Under the pieces are notes generated by a model. It was not told the origin of the DNA, made no database searches, and saw only the letters and a program-made list of their open reading frames with translations. A stretch of 64,000 bases of DNA from Eledone cirrhosa (taxonomy: Eukaryota): the NCBI GenBank assembly GCA_964016885.1, contig OZ024754.1, positions 15,748,001 to 15,812,000 of the forward strand, read 5' to 3'. The position numbers and the translations under genes were made by a program. Within the stretch, counting starts at the first letter, position 1. Every line of letters begins with the position of its first letter. Of this stretch, positions 25,115 to 36,040 are shown in pieces.

Positions 25115-28100
25115 CCCCAGTGTCAGTGTTATGCAACTATCATGTGTGTGTGTGTTGTGTCACCCCAGTGTGTGTCAGTGTGTTGTATAACCCCAGTGTG
25201 TGTCAGTGTGTTGCGTAACCCCAGTGTGGGTCAGTGTGTTGCGTAACCCCAGTGTGGGTCAGTGTGTTGTGTAACCCCAGTGTGTCAGTGTGTTGTGTAA
25301 CCCCAGTGTGTCAGTGTTGTGTAACCCCAGTGTGTCAGTGTGTTGTGTAACCCCAGTGTGTCAGTGTGTTGTGTCACCCCAGTGTGTCAGTGTGTTGTGT
25401 CACCCCAGTGTGTCAGTGTTGTGTCACCCCAGTGTGTCAGTGTTGTGTAACCCCAGTGTGTCAGTGTGTTGTGTCACCCCAGTGTGTCAGTGTTGTGTAA
25501 CCCCAGTGTGTCAGTGTTGTGTAACCCCAGTGTGTCAGTGTGTTGTGTAACCCCAGTGTGTCAGTGTTGTGTAACCCCAGTGTGTCAGTGTTGTGTAACC
25601 CCAGTGTGTCAGTGTTGTGTAACCCCAGTGTGTCAGTGTGTTGTGTAACCCCAGTGTGTCAGTGTGTTGTGTCACCCCAGTGCGTATCAGTGTGTTGTGT
25701 AACCCCAGTGTGTGTCAGTGTGTTGTGTAACCCCAGTGTGTGTCAGTATGTTGTGTAACCCCAGTGTGTGTCAGTGTGTTGTGTAACCCCAGTGTGTGTC
25801 AGTGTGTTGTGTAACCCCAGTGTGTGTCAGTGTGTTGTGTAACCCCAGTGTGTGTCAGTGTGTTGTGTAACCCCAGTGTGTGTCAGTGTGTTACGTAACC
25901 CCAGTGTGTTGTGTAACCCCAGTGTGTGTCAGTGCGTTGTGTAACCCCAGTGTGTCAGTGTGTTGTGTAACCCCAGTGTGTCAGTGTTGTGTAACCCCAG
26001 TGTGTCAGTGTGTTGTGTAACCCCAGTGTGTCAGTGTGTTGTGTCACCCCAGTGTGTCAGTGTTGTGTAACCCCAGTGTGTCAGTGTGTTGTGTAACCCC
26101 AGTGTGTCAGTGTTGTGTAACCCCAGTGTGTCAGTGTGTTGTGTAACCCCAGTGTGTCAGTGTGTTGTGTCACCCCAGTGCGTATCAGTGTGTTGTGTAA
26201 CCCCAGTGTGTGTCAGTGTGTTGTGTAACCCCAGTGTGTGTCAGTATGTTGTGTAACCCCAGTGTGTGTCAGTGTGTTGTGTAACCCCAGTGTGTGTCAG
26301 TGTGTTGTGTAACCCCAGTGTGTGTCAGTGTGTTACGTAACCCCAGTGTGTTGTGTAACCCCAGTGTGTGTCAGTGCGTTGTGTAACCCCAGTGTGTCAG
26401 TGTTGTGTAACCCCAGTGTGTCAGTGTGTTGTGTAACCCCAGTGTGTCAGTGTGTTGTGTCACCCCAGTGTGTCAGTGTTGTGTAACCCCAGTGTGTCAG
26501 TGTGTTGTGTCACCCCAGTGTGTCAGTGTTGTGTAACCCCAGTGTGTCAGTGTGTTGTGTCACCCCAGTGTGTCAGTGTTGTGTAACCCCAGTGTGTCAG
26601 TGTTGTGTAACCCCAGTGTGTCAGTGTGTTGTGTAACCCCAGTGTGTCAGTGTTGTGTAACCCCAGTGTGTCAGTGTTGTGTAACCCCAGTGTGTCAGTG
26701 TTGTGTAACCCCAGTGTGTCAGTGTGTTGTGTAACCCCAGTGTGTCAGTGTGTTGTGTCACCCCAGTGCGTATCAGTGTGTTGTGTAACCCCAGTGTGTG
26801 TCAGTGTGTTGTGTAACCCCAGTGTGTGTCAGTATGTTGTGTAACCCCAGTGTGTGTCAGTGTGTTGTGTAACCCCAGTGTGTGTCAGTGTGTTGTGTAA
26901 CCCCAGTGTGTGTCAGTGTGTTGTGTAACCCCAGTGTGTGTCAGTGTGTTACGTAACCCCAGTGTGTTGTGTAACCCCAGTGTGTGTCAGTGCGTTGTGT
27001 AACCCCAGTGTGTCAGTGTGTTGTGTAACCCCAGTGTGTCAGTGTTGTGTAACCCCAGTGTGTCAGTGTGTTGTGTAACCCCAGTGTGTCAGTGTGTTGT
27101 GTCACCCCAGTGTGTCAGTGTTGTGTAACCCCAGTGTGTCAGTGTGTTGTGTAACCCCAGTGTGTCAGTGTTGTGTAACCCCAGTGTGTCAGTGTGTTGT
27201 GTAACCCCAGTGTGTCAGTGTGTTGTGTCACCCCAGTGCGTATCAGTGTGTTGTGTAACCCCAGTGTGTGTCAGTGTGTTGTGTAACCCCAGTGTGTGTC
27301 AGTATGTTGTGTAACCCCAGTGTGTGTCAGTGTGTTGTGTAACCCCAGTGTGTGTCAGTGTGTTGTGTAACCCCAGTGTGTGTCAGTGTGTTACGTAACC
27401 CCAGTGTGTTGTGTAACCCCAGTGTGTGTCAGTGCGTTGTGTAACCCCAGTGTGTCAGTGTGTTGTGTAACCCCAGTGCGTGTCAGTGTGTTGTGTAACC
27501 CCAGTGTGTGTCAGTGTGTTGTGTAACCCCAGTGTGTGTCAGTATGTTGTGTAACCCCAGTGTGTGTCAGTATGTTGTGTAACCCCAGTGTGTGTTAGTA
27601 TGTTGTGTAACCCCAGTGTGTCAGTGTGTTACGTAACCCCAGTGTGTGTCACTGTGTTGTGTAACCCCAGTGTGTGTCAGTGTGTTGTGTAACCCCAGTG
27701 TGTGTCAGTATGCTGTGTAACCCCAGTATGTGTCAGTGTGTCAGTGTGTTGTGTAACCCCAGTGTGTGTCAGTGTATTGTGTAACCCCAGTGTGTGTCAG
27801 TGTGTTGTGTAACCCCATTGTGTCAGTGTGTTGTGTAACCCCAGTGTGTGTCACTGTGTTGTGTAACCCCAGAGTGTCAGTGTGTTGTGTAACCCCAGTG
27901 TATGTCAGTGTGTTGTGTAACCCCAGTGTGTGTCACTGTGTTGTGTAACCCCAGTGTGTGTGTCATTGTGTTGTGTAACCCCAGTGTGTGTCAGTATGTT
28001 GTGTAACCCCAGTGTGTGTAACTGTGTTGTGTAACCCCAGTGTGTGTCAGTGTGTTGTGTAACCCCAGTGTGTGTCAGTGTGTTGTGTAACCCCAGTGTG

Positions 28101-28780
28101 TGTCAGTGTGTTACGTAACCCCAGTGTGTTGTGTAACCCCAGTGTGTCAGTGTGTTGTGTAACCCCAGTGCGTGTCAGTGTGTTGTGTAACCCCAGTGTG
28201 TGTCAGTGTGTTGTGTAACCCCAGTGTGTGTCAGTATGTTGTGTAACCCCAGTGTGTGTCAGTATGTTGTGTAACCCCAGTGTGTGTTAGTATGTTGTGT
28301 AACCCCAGTGTGTCAGTGTGTTACGTAACCCCAGTGTGTGTCACTGTGTTGTGTAACCCCAGTGTGTGTCAGTGTGTTGTGTAACCCCAGTGTGTGTCAG
28401 TATGCTGTGTAACCCCAGTATGTGTCAGTGTGTCAGTGTGTTGTGTAACCCCAGTGTGTGTCAGTGTATTGTGTAACCCCAGTGTGTGTCAGTGTGTTGT
28501 GTAACCCCATTGTGTCAGTGTGTTGTGTAACCCCAGTGTGTGTCACTGTGTTGTGTAACCCCAGAGTGTCAGTGTGTTGTGTAACCCCAGTGTGTCAGTG
28601 TGTTGTGTAACCCCAGTGTGTGTCACTGTGTTGTGTAACCCCAGTGTGTGTGTCATTGTGTTGTGTAACCCCAGTGTGTGTCAGTATGTTGTGTAACCCC
28701 AGTGTGTGTAACTGTGTTGTGTAACCCCAGTGTGTGTCAGTGTGTTGTGTAACCCCAGTGTGTGTCAGTGTGTTGTGTTA
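25115..28780. repeat. 22-28-bp satellite (GTGTTGTGTAACCCCAGTGTGTCA) with higher-order duplications
   Basis: About 140 units. Identical ORF translations at 25466 and 26552 show a 1086-bp block duplication. Confidence 0.98.
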
Positions 28781-29011
28781 GATTATCTAAAAACCCAAAC
28801 ACTTGAAATAAAAAATCTACTTATAAAATTTAACTAGACAAAGAAGTGGGGAGTGTCATTTACCATAGCTCGAGCTAACCCAAGCATTGCGATTGAAACT
28901 AGGTAGAGGGAAACTTTGGAAACCCATCAGATGGACTGTACCTGTAATTCAATTCAAAGGGCCAATATCATCACACTGTGTCACGCTGAGTGCCACTGAA
29001 AATCATGTTAA

Positions 29012-29558
29012 CCCTTTTCACACCGACCTGGCCAAAACCGGATCTGGTTCTATTAAAGCAAACCACCCATTTCAAACGTTTCTTATATAAATTTATATCT
29101 TCCTACATATTATAGAAGAACCATATTTTAAGTTATATTAGGAGCAGCCTCTGTAGAGCGTCGGACAACATGCTTTATGGCATAGAGTTACGCCCCTTTA
29201 CGATCTGAGTTCAAGTCCTGCCGAGGTTATCTTTGCCTTTCATCCTTACGAGGTCGATAAAATAAATTACCAGTCACCCACTGGGGTGAATTTGATCGAT
29301 TTCCCCTCCCCTAACATTGCTGACCTTGTGCCTAAATCAGAAACCATTATATTAGAAGCGCCGAGGTTAACTTTGCCTTTCATCCTTACGGGGTCGATAA
29401 AATAAAGTACCAGTAATGTACTGAGTAATTGCTGGCCTTGTGCCTAAAGTAGTAACAATTATATTAGAAGCGAAATAATCCTTTGAGTAAATCCTTCAAA
29501 ATTCTGCATAAATTAATTGAAAGAGTATTTTTCATTAGAAAATACGGTGAGGAAAGGG
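29012..29558. mobile_element. piggyBac-like MITE (TTAA-CCCTTT...AAAGGG-TTAA) with nested SINEs
   Basis: TTAACCCTTTC left end, GAAAGGGTTAA right end, Meta-like SINEs inserted at 29150-29460. Related relics at 18160-18383, 59620 and 61747. Confidence 0.6.
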
Positions 29559-30268
29559 TTAAGGGTACACATACCTATGGAATGTTCGGCAACGAACAGG
29601 TCAATCGCTCGAACAGGTTATGTTCTATAAATAACTGAAACACCTATCGTCAAAACCAACAGAGGTCAATTTTATTTATGTTTGGATTTGTAATGAAATC
29701 ATCCTTGCAAATAAAATAGACATGACGCCTTGTGTATATAAAAATAATTTCATTTTAAAAGTACCTGTATAACGAACAAAATATACGACATTCACTAAAA
29801 CGAAACATTCGTTTCGATAATTCAAGTCTGTTTACATTCCTTATTGTCGTTAGTTTCATTTTAGATTAAACACGCATTACACACAGGCAGATTAGTAGTT
29901 ACGGTCGCAGGTTGCCCCTGTGAATACACAGACAAAACTGCAGGGTAACAAGACTTGGCCTTTATTATACATTTATTTGTGTGTGTATGTGTCTCTTAAC
30001 GATAGAGAAACAAAATACTGCACCACATGCAAATGTAATAATAAATACCACATATCAATGTGTCTAACCCGGTACACACACAAAGCTATAGACATGCTAC
30101 ATATATGTGTAGTTGAGTATGTTTGTATTACATATATACACAGAGCAGGCTGAAACTTTCCTCTTCAGAAAATAAAATTGCCGCATTGCTTAGTGATCGT
30201 TTAGTTAATATTTTAATGTTTTAAGTACAACACATTCCAGTGTGTGTATAATATATATATATATATAT

Positions 30269-30320
30269 ATGTAAAATAACTTGCCTTTGTTATTATTATC
30301 ATTGTTAAAACTAATATCTA

Positions 30321-30358
<38 letters not shown>

Positions 30359-30620
30359 TAAATATTAGTTTTAACAATGATAATAATAACAAAGGCAAGT
30401 TATTTTACATATTTCTTTCATTGTTTTACGATCGTTTCGGAGGGTTGATCATATTGATATATTATATTGACTGATCTATAGCAGGTAGAGAACTGTATAC
30501 TATCAGACATAATATATGGGTTCGATCATACGGTCTTCTTCGGAACATTGAGTTCTAACTACGGTATAGACGCTAGCATGAAAGGTAGACCATATTGAAA
30601 GTATATATGTGGGGGTGTAG

Positions 30621-30689
<69 letters not shown>

Positions 30690-30814
30690 AGAGGTTCAAT
30701 CGGGGGTAACCACAGTAAGGTACTCAATACATAGTAGAGTATATAATGTTTAATATAGAAATGGCTTTTACAGGAAATCACCAGGGCTGTAGAAGCCATT
30801 TCTATAATAAACAT

Positions 30815-30866
<52 letters not shown>

Positions 30867-31040
30867 TAAGTTATTCCGGGTTGAATCAGAGGTAACCACA
30901 GTAAGTAAGGTACTCAATACATAGCAGAGTATAAAAGTGTTAATATAGAAGAGATTCTACAGGACTAGAACTGTTTCATTCTTGAGAAATCATCAGGAAT
31001 CCAGAATGAAACAGTTCTACTCCTGTAGAATCTCATCTAA
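30269..31040 (-). mobile_element. Cluster of Penelope-like terminal fragments with inverted repeats and hammerhead-like motifs, interspersed with (TA)n/(TG)n
   Basis: About 55-bp inverted repeat around (TA)n at 30269-30410, GAAACGATCGTA motif, direct repeat 30690-30775 / 30878-30965, inverted repeat 30950-31034. Confidence 0.6.
30962..31002 (-). ncRNA. Minimal type I hammerhead candidate
   Basis: GGATTC CTGATGA TTTCTCAAGAAT GAAA CAGT TC TAGTCC. Intact core, short stems. Confidence 0.55.
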
Positions 31041-31047
31041 AACTTTT

Positions 31048-31101
<54 letters not shown>

Positions 31102-31181
31102 GTGTGTGTGTAAGACGAGTATGTGTGTAGGTAGCACAGGTGTTGTGTAAGTATTTGCTTGTAGTCAGAGCGTCTTCTTAC

Positions 31182-31283
31182 CTGCTGAAGTGTGTCGCAT
31201 TTCTTCTTCAAGATGCAATATTTAGTCAGAAAGACGTTTTCCTGAGAATATTTCTCAATCTTCGCTTCCAGGCTCTCCGCCAT
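31182..31283 (-). CDS. TFPT: TFPT/INO80F-like, HMG-box-containing protein, coding exon 1 (MAESLEAK...KKKCDTLQQ)
   Basis: ATG at 31283, 34 codons, donor CAG|GTAAG at 31181. TKYCILKKKCDTLQQ resembles the TFPT coiled coil (KYQALGRRCREIEQ). Confidence 0.85.
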
Positions 31284-32813
31284 TCTTATACCTGTTATCT
31301 GTCTGTCTTTCACTGTCTCTTTAATATATCTCTAAACTATTTAGCAAGCTATAGAAGTTTCCTTCTTGCGTTTGGATTGATTTCTCTTTCTTAATTTTTT
31401 TTTCTTTTTGTGCGTTAGGTGGGTATTACTTCTGGTATTTGGTTACTGCTATTAAAATACCGACAGTTCTTATTATTTTCTGGAGTCCGTTTATTTTTAT
31501 TCTTTATTTGGAATTTTTCTGAATTTATTTATATCGCTTGCTTCTTTACTTTTTCCGATTAGTTTATATTGAAATTATTCTTATTTCGATCTTGTTTTGT
31601 TTTGTTTTTCTCTTGATACTTTTTTTAAACTTTTTAGTTTACTTTACGTTTTTTTTTTTTGTTTTTGTTTCAATGTTTGTTTTCTTGTATTAAAGAACCT
31701 CTTTTCTTTTAGAGCTTTCTTTTTGTGTGTAGAGATAGCGAGAGATGGTTAAAACAGACACGAAAATTAGGAGTCGTTGGGTGGTCCAAATTACTTCAAG
31801 GTCGACTCGGACACATACAAGCGACACACTGTTGAGTCCAAACTGTCAGCCTGAAGAATTTGGTTTTGGTTTCAATAAGTTCGTCTCTGAATCCAACAAA
31901 TTAGTGCCAACAGGGGCAGATAACTAAGAAGTACTTCCGCTAATGGTAGAGCCTATACGTAATTTTTCGATTTGCTAGAAATAGTAGCGAAATCGTCTTT
32001 AATAAAAAAAAAAAAAAAAAAGAGAGGATGACATATAAAATAATGTAGTTTTACAATCACAATTTTTTAACAAGACAACAAATGAGATTGCCATTACAAA
32101 AACAATGAGAAATGCCTCTGCCACTCCGGTGGTAAATTTCAAGATTCCATGGAAAATTATTTATACTGTAGCTTGAAAAATTCTTTAACGTGATTCACAC
32201 AACTTTTACTAAATTTATTTTCCTTAATGATGAATTAATAGAATGTTAAATTTATATATGGTTATATATTTTATGTAATAAACTGTATTGTATACAGAAC
32301 AATTTTGGGAGAGGAGAAAATCGATTTTCCAAGGGTCGATAGAATATACATAGTACTTTACTGGTACTATGTATATTTTATCGAAACCTGGAAAATGAAA
32401 GGCGAGATCGACTTTGCCTTTCATTTTGCCATGGGCCGATAAAATAAAGTACCAGTAAAGTACTGAGTCTACATGAGAACTCTTAATCAAATATAAATAT
32501 TACACTATATTTGTTAATTCTTGGCTCTGATTTTAATTTAGTTTTTTTATTTAAAAGAATATATTACAACTAAAAAATAAGTTTTATTCCATATATTTTT
32601 TATGGTTTTTTTTGTCCTATATTGAAAAACTTCAAGTAAATCTATTTTGGTCTTTTTATTAGAAGGGGAAAAATATCGCTACACCGTAAAGGTCACATGT
32701 GTAAAACAATTCCTAATTTGTTCTGTTTGTTTAAAGAATCATTAAAAAAAGAAACCATTTGGTTCTTTTGGTGAATCTTTTGGTAAAGAAGAAAGAACAC
32801 TTATTCCGAGTGG
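31284..32813. promoter_or_regulatory. Shared divergent (bidirectional) promoter / 5' UTR region of TFPT-like and WDR24
   Basis: Head-to-head ATGs 1.5 kb apart. ETS/GABP-type GCGGAAGT on the - strand at 31933-31940. Confidence 0.55.
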
Positions 32814-32862
32814 ATGGATCTGGAGACTGTGGGTAACTTTCGAAAGATGGAGACAGAGAAAG
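32814..32862 (+). CDS. WDR24: WDR24 coding exon 1 (MDLETVGNFRKMETEK; alternative in-frame ATG at 32847)
   Basis: In-frame ATGs at 32814 and 32847. Phase-1 donor AAG|GTGAAA fits exon 2. N-terminus poorly conserved, so the start is uncertain. Confidence 0.6.
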
Positions 32863-32989
32863 GTGAAACTTGTTTACACCATTAACTCTTATTTACTGAT
32901 TAAATATAAATAATAGTCGATGTGATAAGGTTTATTTATACATAGTTAACTTGGATTTTTGTTTGGTTTTGTGTTGGTTTTCTCGGAGT

Positions 32990-33470
32990 ATAAACTTTTA
33001 TTGGATATAATTACATAAAAATAATTGAGCAGTATCTAATAAAAACAAAACAGGAACAAAAAAAGGAAATGAAAAGAAGAAAAAGAAAACAAGATCAAGT
33101 AACGGAACAGGGGGGACAGACACTACACCCCAATCTGAGCGATGCCTCGGCCGCGCCCCACGGACAAAATAGCAATGGTGTTACCACGGAGAATGGCCAA
33201 AGACACCCGCTGCAGCAACCACCCCACCTTACGGGTCTCCCTCCTCAAGCAGGCCACTGTCTTTCCAATTTTACAGAGGAAATCAGCAGTGGAGGGACCA
33301 AGGACACTAAAGGTCTCGACGAAGACCGGTGCAAAGAGGAAGTAGTCGGTCAAGCCCTGGTATTTAACTATCTTCCTCTCCTCCGCATTGTGGGCGGTCG
33401 AACCTGTGTTTATGGTCGAAGTGACGAGGTTGAAGCTACCCAGGTTTCACAGTTTGCTATTCCGTGATTA
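32990..33470 (-). mobile_element. CRE-like (restriction-like endonuclease) non-LTR retrotransposon 3' relic
   Basis: AHNAEERKIVKYQGLTDYFLFAPVFVETFSVLG...LLQRVSLAILRGNT, matching the AExxKxxKY / FxPxxVETxGxxG / QRxSxAIxRGN motifs. AATAAA downstream. Confidence 0.75.
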
Positions 33471-34617
33471 TTTAGTGTCTGTATATGTCCGATGTTTTTA
33501 TTAAAATGCCTGTCTTCAAAGGGGTGTGTTCGTATTTCCAACATATCTATTTTGTTATTGATGTTCTGTTTATTTACTTCCTATTGATCAACAGAACTTT
33601 GTATTAAGGCACGTGGCTAAGTGATTAGGATGTTCGGGCTTCTGATCGTAAAGTCGTAACGCGTTGTGTCCTTGATCAAGACATTATATTTCACATTAGC
33701 ACATTACTTCAACCCACTCAACTGATGGAAACAAAAATGAGCTGTACCTGTAATTCAAAGGGTCAGCCTTGTCACACGCTGAATCTCCCTGAGAACTACA
33801 TGTGTACGAAATACTCAACTACTTGCACGATAATGTAATCGCGTGATGTAATTAGGTGTGCTGCAAGATGTAACTAAGTGTGCCATGAAAGAGAAAGATT
33901 CTATATGAAAAATACAAATTGAAATTCATAATAAAGCTCATATATAACTGTGAAAATGGGACTTGAGAAGGAAGTACAATTGTTTAATAATAATTTTTCT
34001 GTTTTATTATTACGGCCCTTTATGGTCTGAGTTCCAATCCCGCCGAGGTTAACTTTGCTTTTCATGCTTACGGGGTCGATAAAATAAGGTACCAGTAATA
34101 CACTGAGATAATTGCTGGCCTTGTGCCAAAAGTAGAAACAATTATTATATTTCTATTTCATACTATGCAATTATATAATATAAATACCTCTTTTGAATAG
34201 ATTTTCGATTTTAGGTACAAAGTGCACCAAAATATTTTTTCCTTTTATTCTAAAGTGCTCTGAGAATAAACAAAAGTTTTGGAACCAAAATATTGAAAAA
34301 TAAAGGATCTGTCAAATAACATAATCTCAGATATCCAGAAAGACAAGATGTTCATCCACTCGTATATCTTGGTTATATGCTTTGTTTGTCAAGACTACAA
34401 AATCTCTTTGCTCTTTATTTACCTTCCTTTCAGTAGCATACCAATTACCTTCTCTTATGATAAACTAAATTCAATTTTATTTATGAATGTGATTTACAGA
34501 TAAATTGTATTTATATAAGAAATATATTTTACAAAAAGAAACAAGGCATTATCCATGTCATAGTGTGACCCTCAATTACGCACTACAGCAGGGAATGCTG
34601 GTGTTACCCTCTGAAAT

Positions 34618-34800
34618 CTTTTGAGACAAGACAAGACACAACACTACCTCAGGTGTTAGTGGGTCCCTTAATTTCACATACTACTAAAGGAATATTAGCG
34701 TTTTCCTCTGTTGAGACAAGACAAGACACAACACTACCTCAGGTGACAGTGGGTCCCTTAATTACATACTACAACAGAGAATATTAGTATTGCCCACTGA
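34618..34800. repeat. Local ~90-bp tandem duplication
   Basis: TTGAGACAAGACAAGACACAACACTACCTCAGGTG at 34621 and 34712. Confidence 0.85.
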
Positions 34801-34938
34801 ACATTTTTGGGACAAGCCAAATCACAGCAATATCAAAATCTATTATTTTTTAACATAATTGCATTGCTGTAGCATACTAATAAAACACACTATTTACTGT
34901 ATCTAATTCAAAAGTCTTTTGTCATCTTTATATTTCAG

Positions 34939-35043
34939 TGAGAGAGCATTCTGCTGTATCGATCCAACATTCTGTCCAGGAACAAATCAATGCAATAGCC
35001 CTGAACAAAGATTCTAATCAAGTTGTTATTGCAGGACGACAAG
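34939..35043 (+). CDS. WDR24: WDR24 exon 2 (VREHSAVSIQHSVQEQINAIALNKDSNQVVIAGRQ)
   Basis: tatttcag / G|gtaggg. Resembles WDR24 ANAISVCRDAAQVVVAGR. Confidence 0.9.
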
Positions 35044-35104
35044 GTAGGGGATTATTTCTTCTATTTTATTGTTGATGGTCAATTATATTTTCACTGACTG
35101 CCAT

Positions 35105-36040
35105 GTAAAGTGGTAATGCTGGTGGCCATTATAAAATACACCCAGTACACTCTGTTAAGTGGTAGTGGAGTGGTGATGGTCATTATAAAATACACCCAGT
35201 ACACTCTATAAAGTGGTAATGCTGGTGGCCATTATAAAATACACCCAGTACACTCTGTTAAGTGGTAGTGGAGAGGTGGTGGTCATTATAAAATACACCC
35301 AGTACCCCGTCTAACCCATGCTAGCATGGAAGAACATGTAAAATGGTGATGATGATGATGATGACACTCTGTTAAGTGGTAGTGGAGTGGTGATGATCAT
35401 TATAAAATACACCCAGTACACTGTTAAGTGGTAGTGGAGTGGTGGTGGTCATTATAAAATACACCCAGTACACTGTTAAGTGGTAGTGGAGTGGTGGTGG
35501 TCATTATAAAATACACCCAGTACACTGTTAAGTGGTAGTGGAGTGGTGGTGGTCATTATAAAATACACCCAGTACACTGTTAAGTGGTAGTGGAGTGGTG
35601 GTGGTCATTATAAAATACACCCAGTACACTGTTAAGTGGTAGTGGAGTGGTGGTGGTCATTATAAAATACACCCAGTACACTGTTAAGTGGTAGTGGAGT
35701 GGTGGTGGTCATTATAAAATACACCCAGTACACTGTTAAGTGGTAGTGGAGTGGTGGTGGTCATTATAAAATACACCCAGTACACTGTTAAGTGGTAGTG
35801 GAGTGGTGGTGGTCATTATAAAATACACCCAGTACACTGTTAAGTGGTAGTGGAGTGGTGGTGGTCATTATAAAATACACCCAGTACACTGTTAAGTGGT
35901 AGTGGAGTGGTGGTGGTCATTATAAAATACACCCAGTACACTGTTAAGTGGTAGTGGAGTGGTGGTGGTCATTATGAAATACACCCAGTACACTCTGTAA
36001 AGTGGTAGTGCAGGTGGCCATTATAAAATACACCCAGAGT
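35105..36040. repeat. 52-bp minisatellite, about 17 copies, WDR24 intron 2
   Basis: Unit CATTATAAAATACACCCAGTACACTGTTAAGTGGTAGTGGAGTGGTGGTGGT, interrupted at about 35305-35363 by an RTE-type tail. Confidence 0.97.

Noticed and set aside
24524-27948. Cys/Val-rich ORFs resembling metallothionein or keratin-associated proteins
   Set aside because: Derived from TG-rich satellites in TFPT intron 1.
31400-31640. Stop-free Lys/Asn-rich frame upstream of the TFPT ATG
   Set aside because: No ATG, ends in a stop before exon 1, and is explained by A-rich 5' UTR composition.
33069-33467. 132-aa + strand ORF as an alternative WDR24 exon
   Set aside because: It is the antisense of the CRE-like relic, with no WDR24 similarity.
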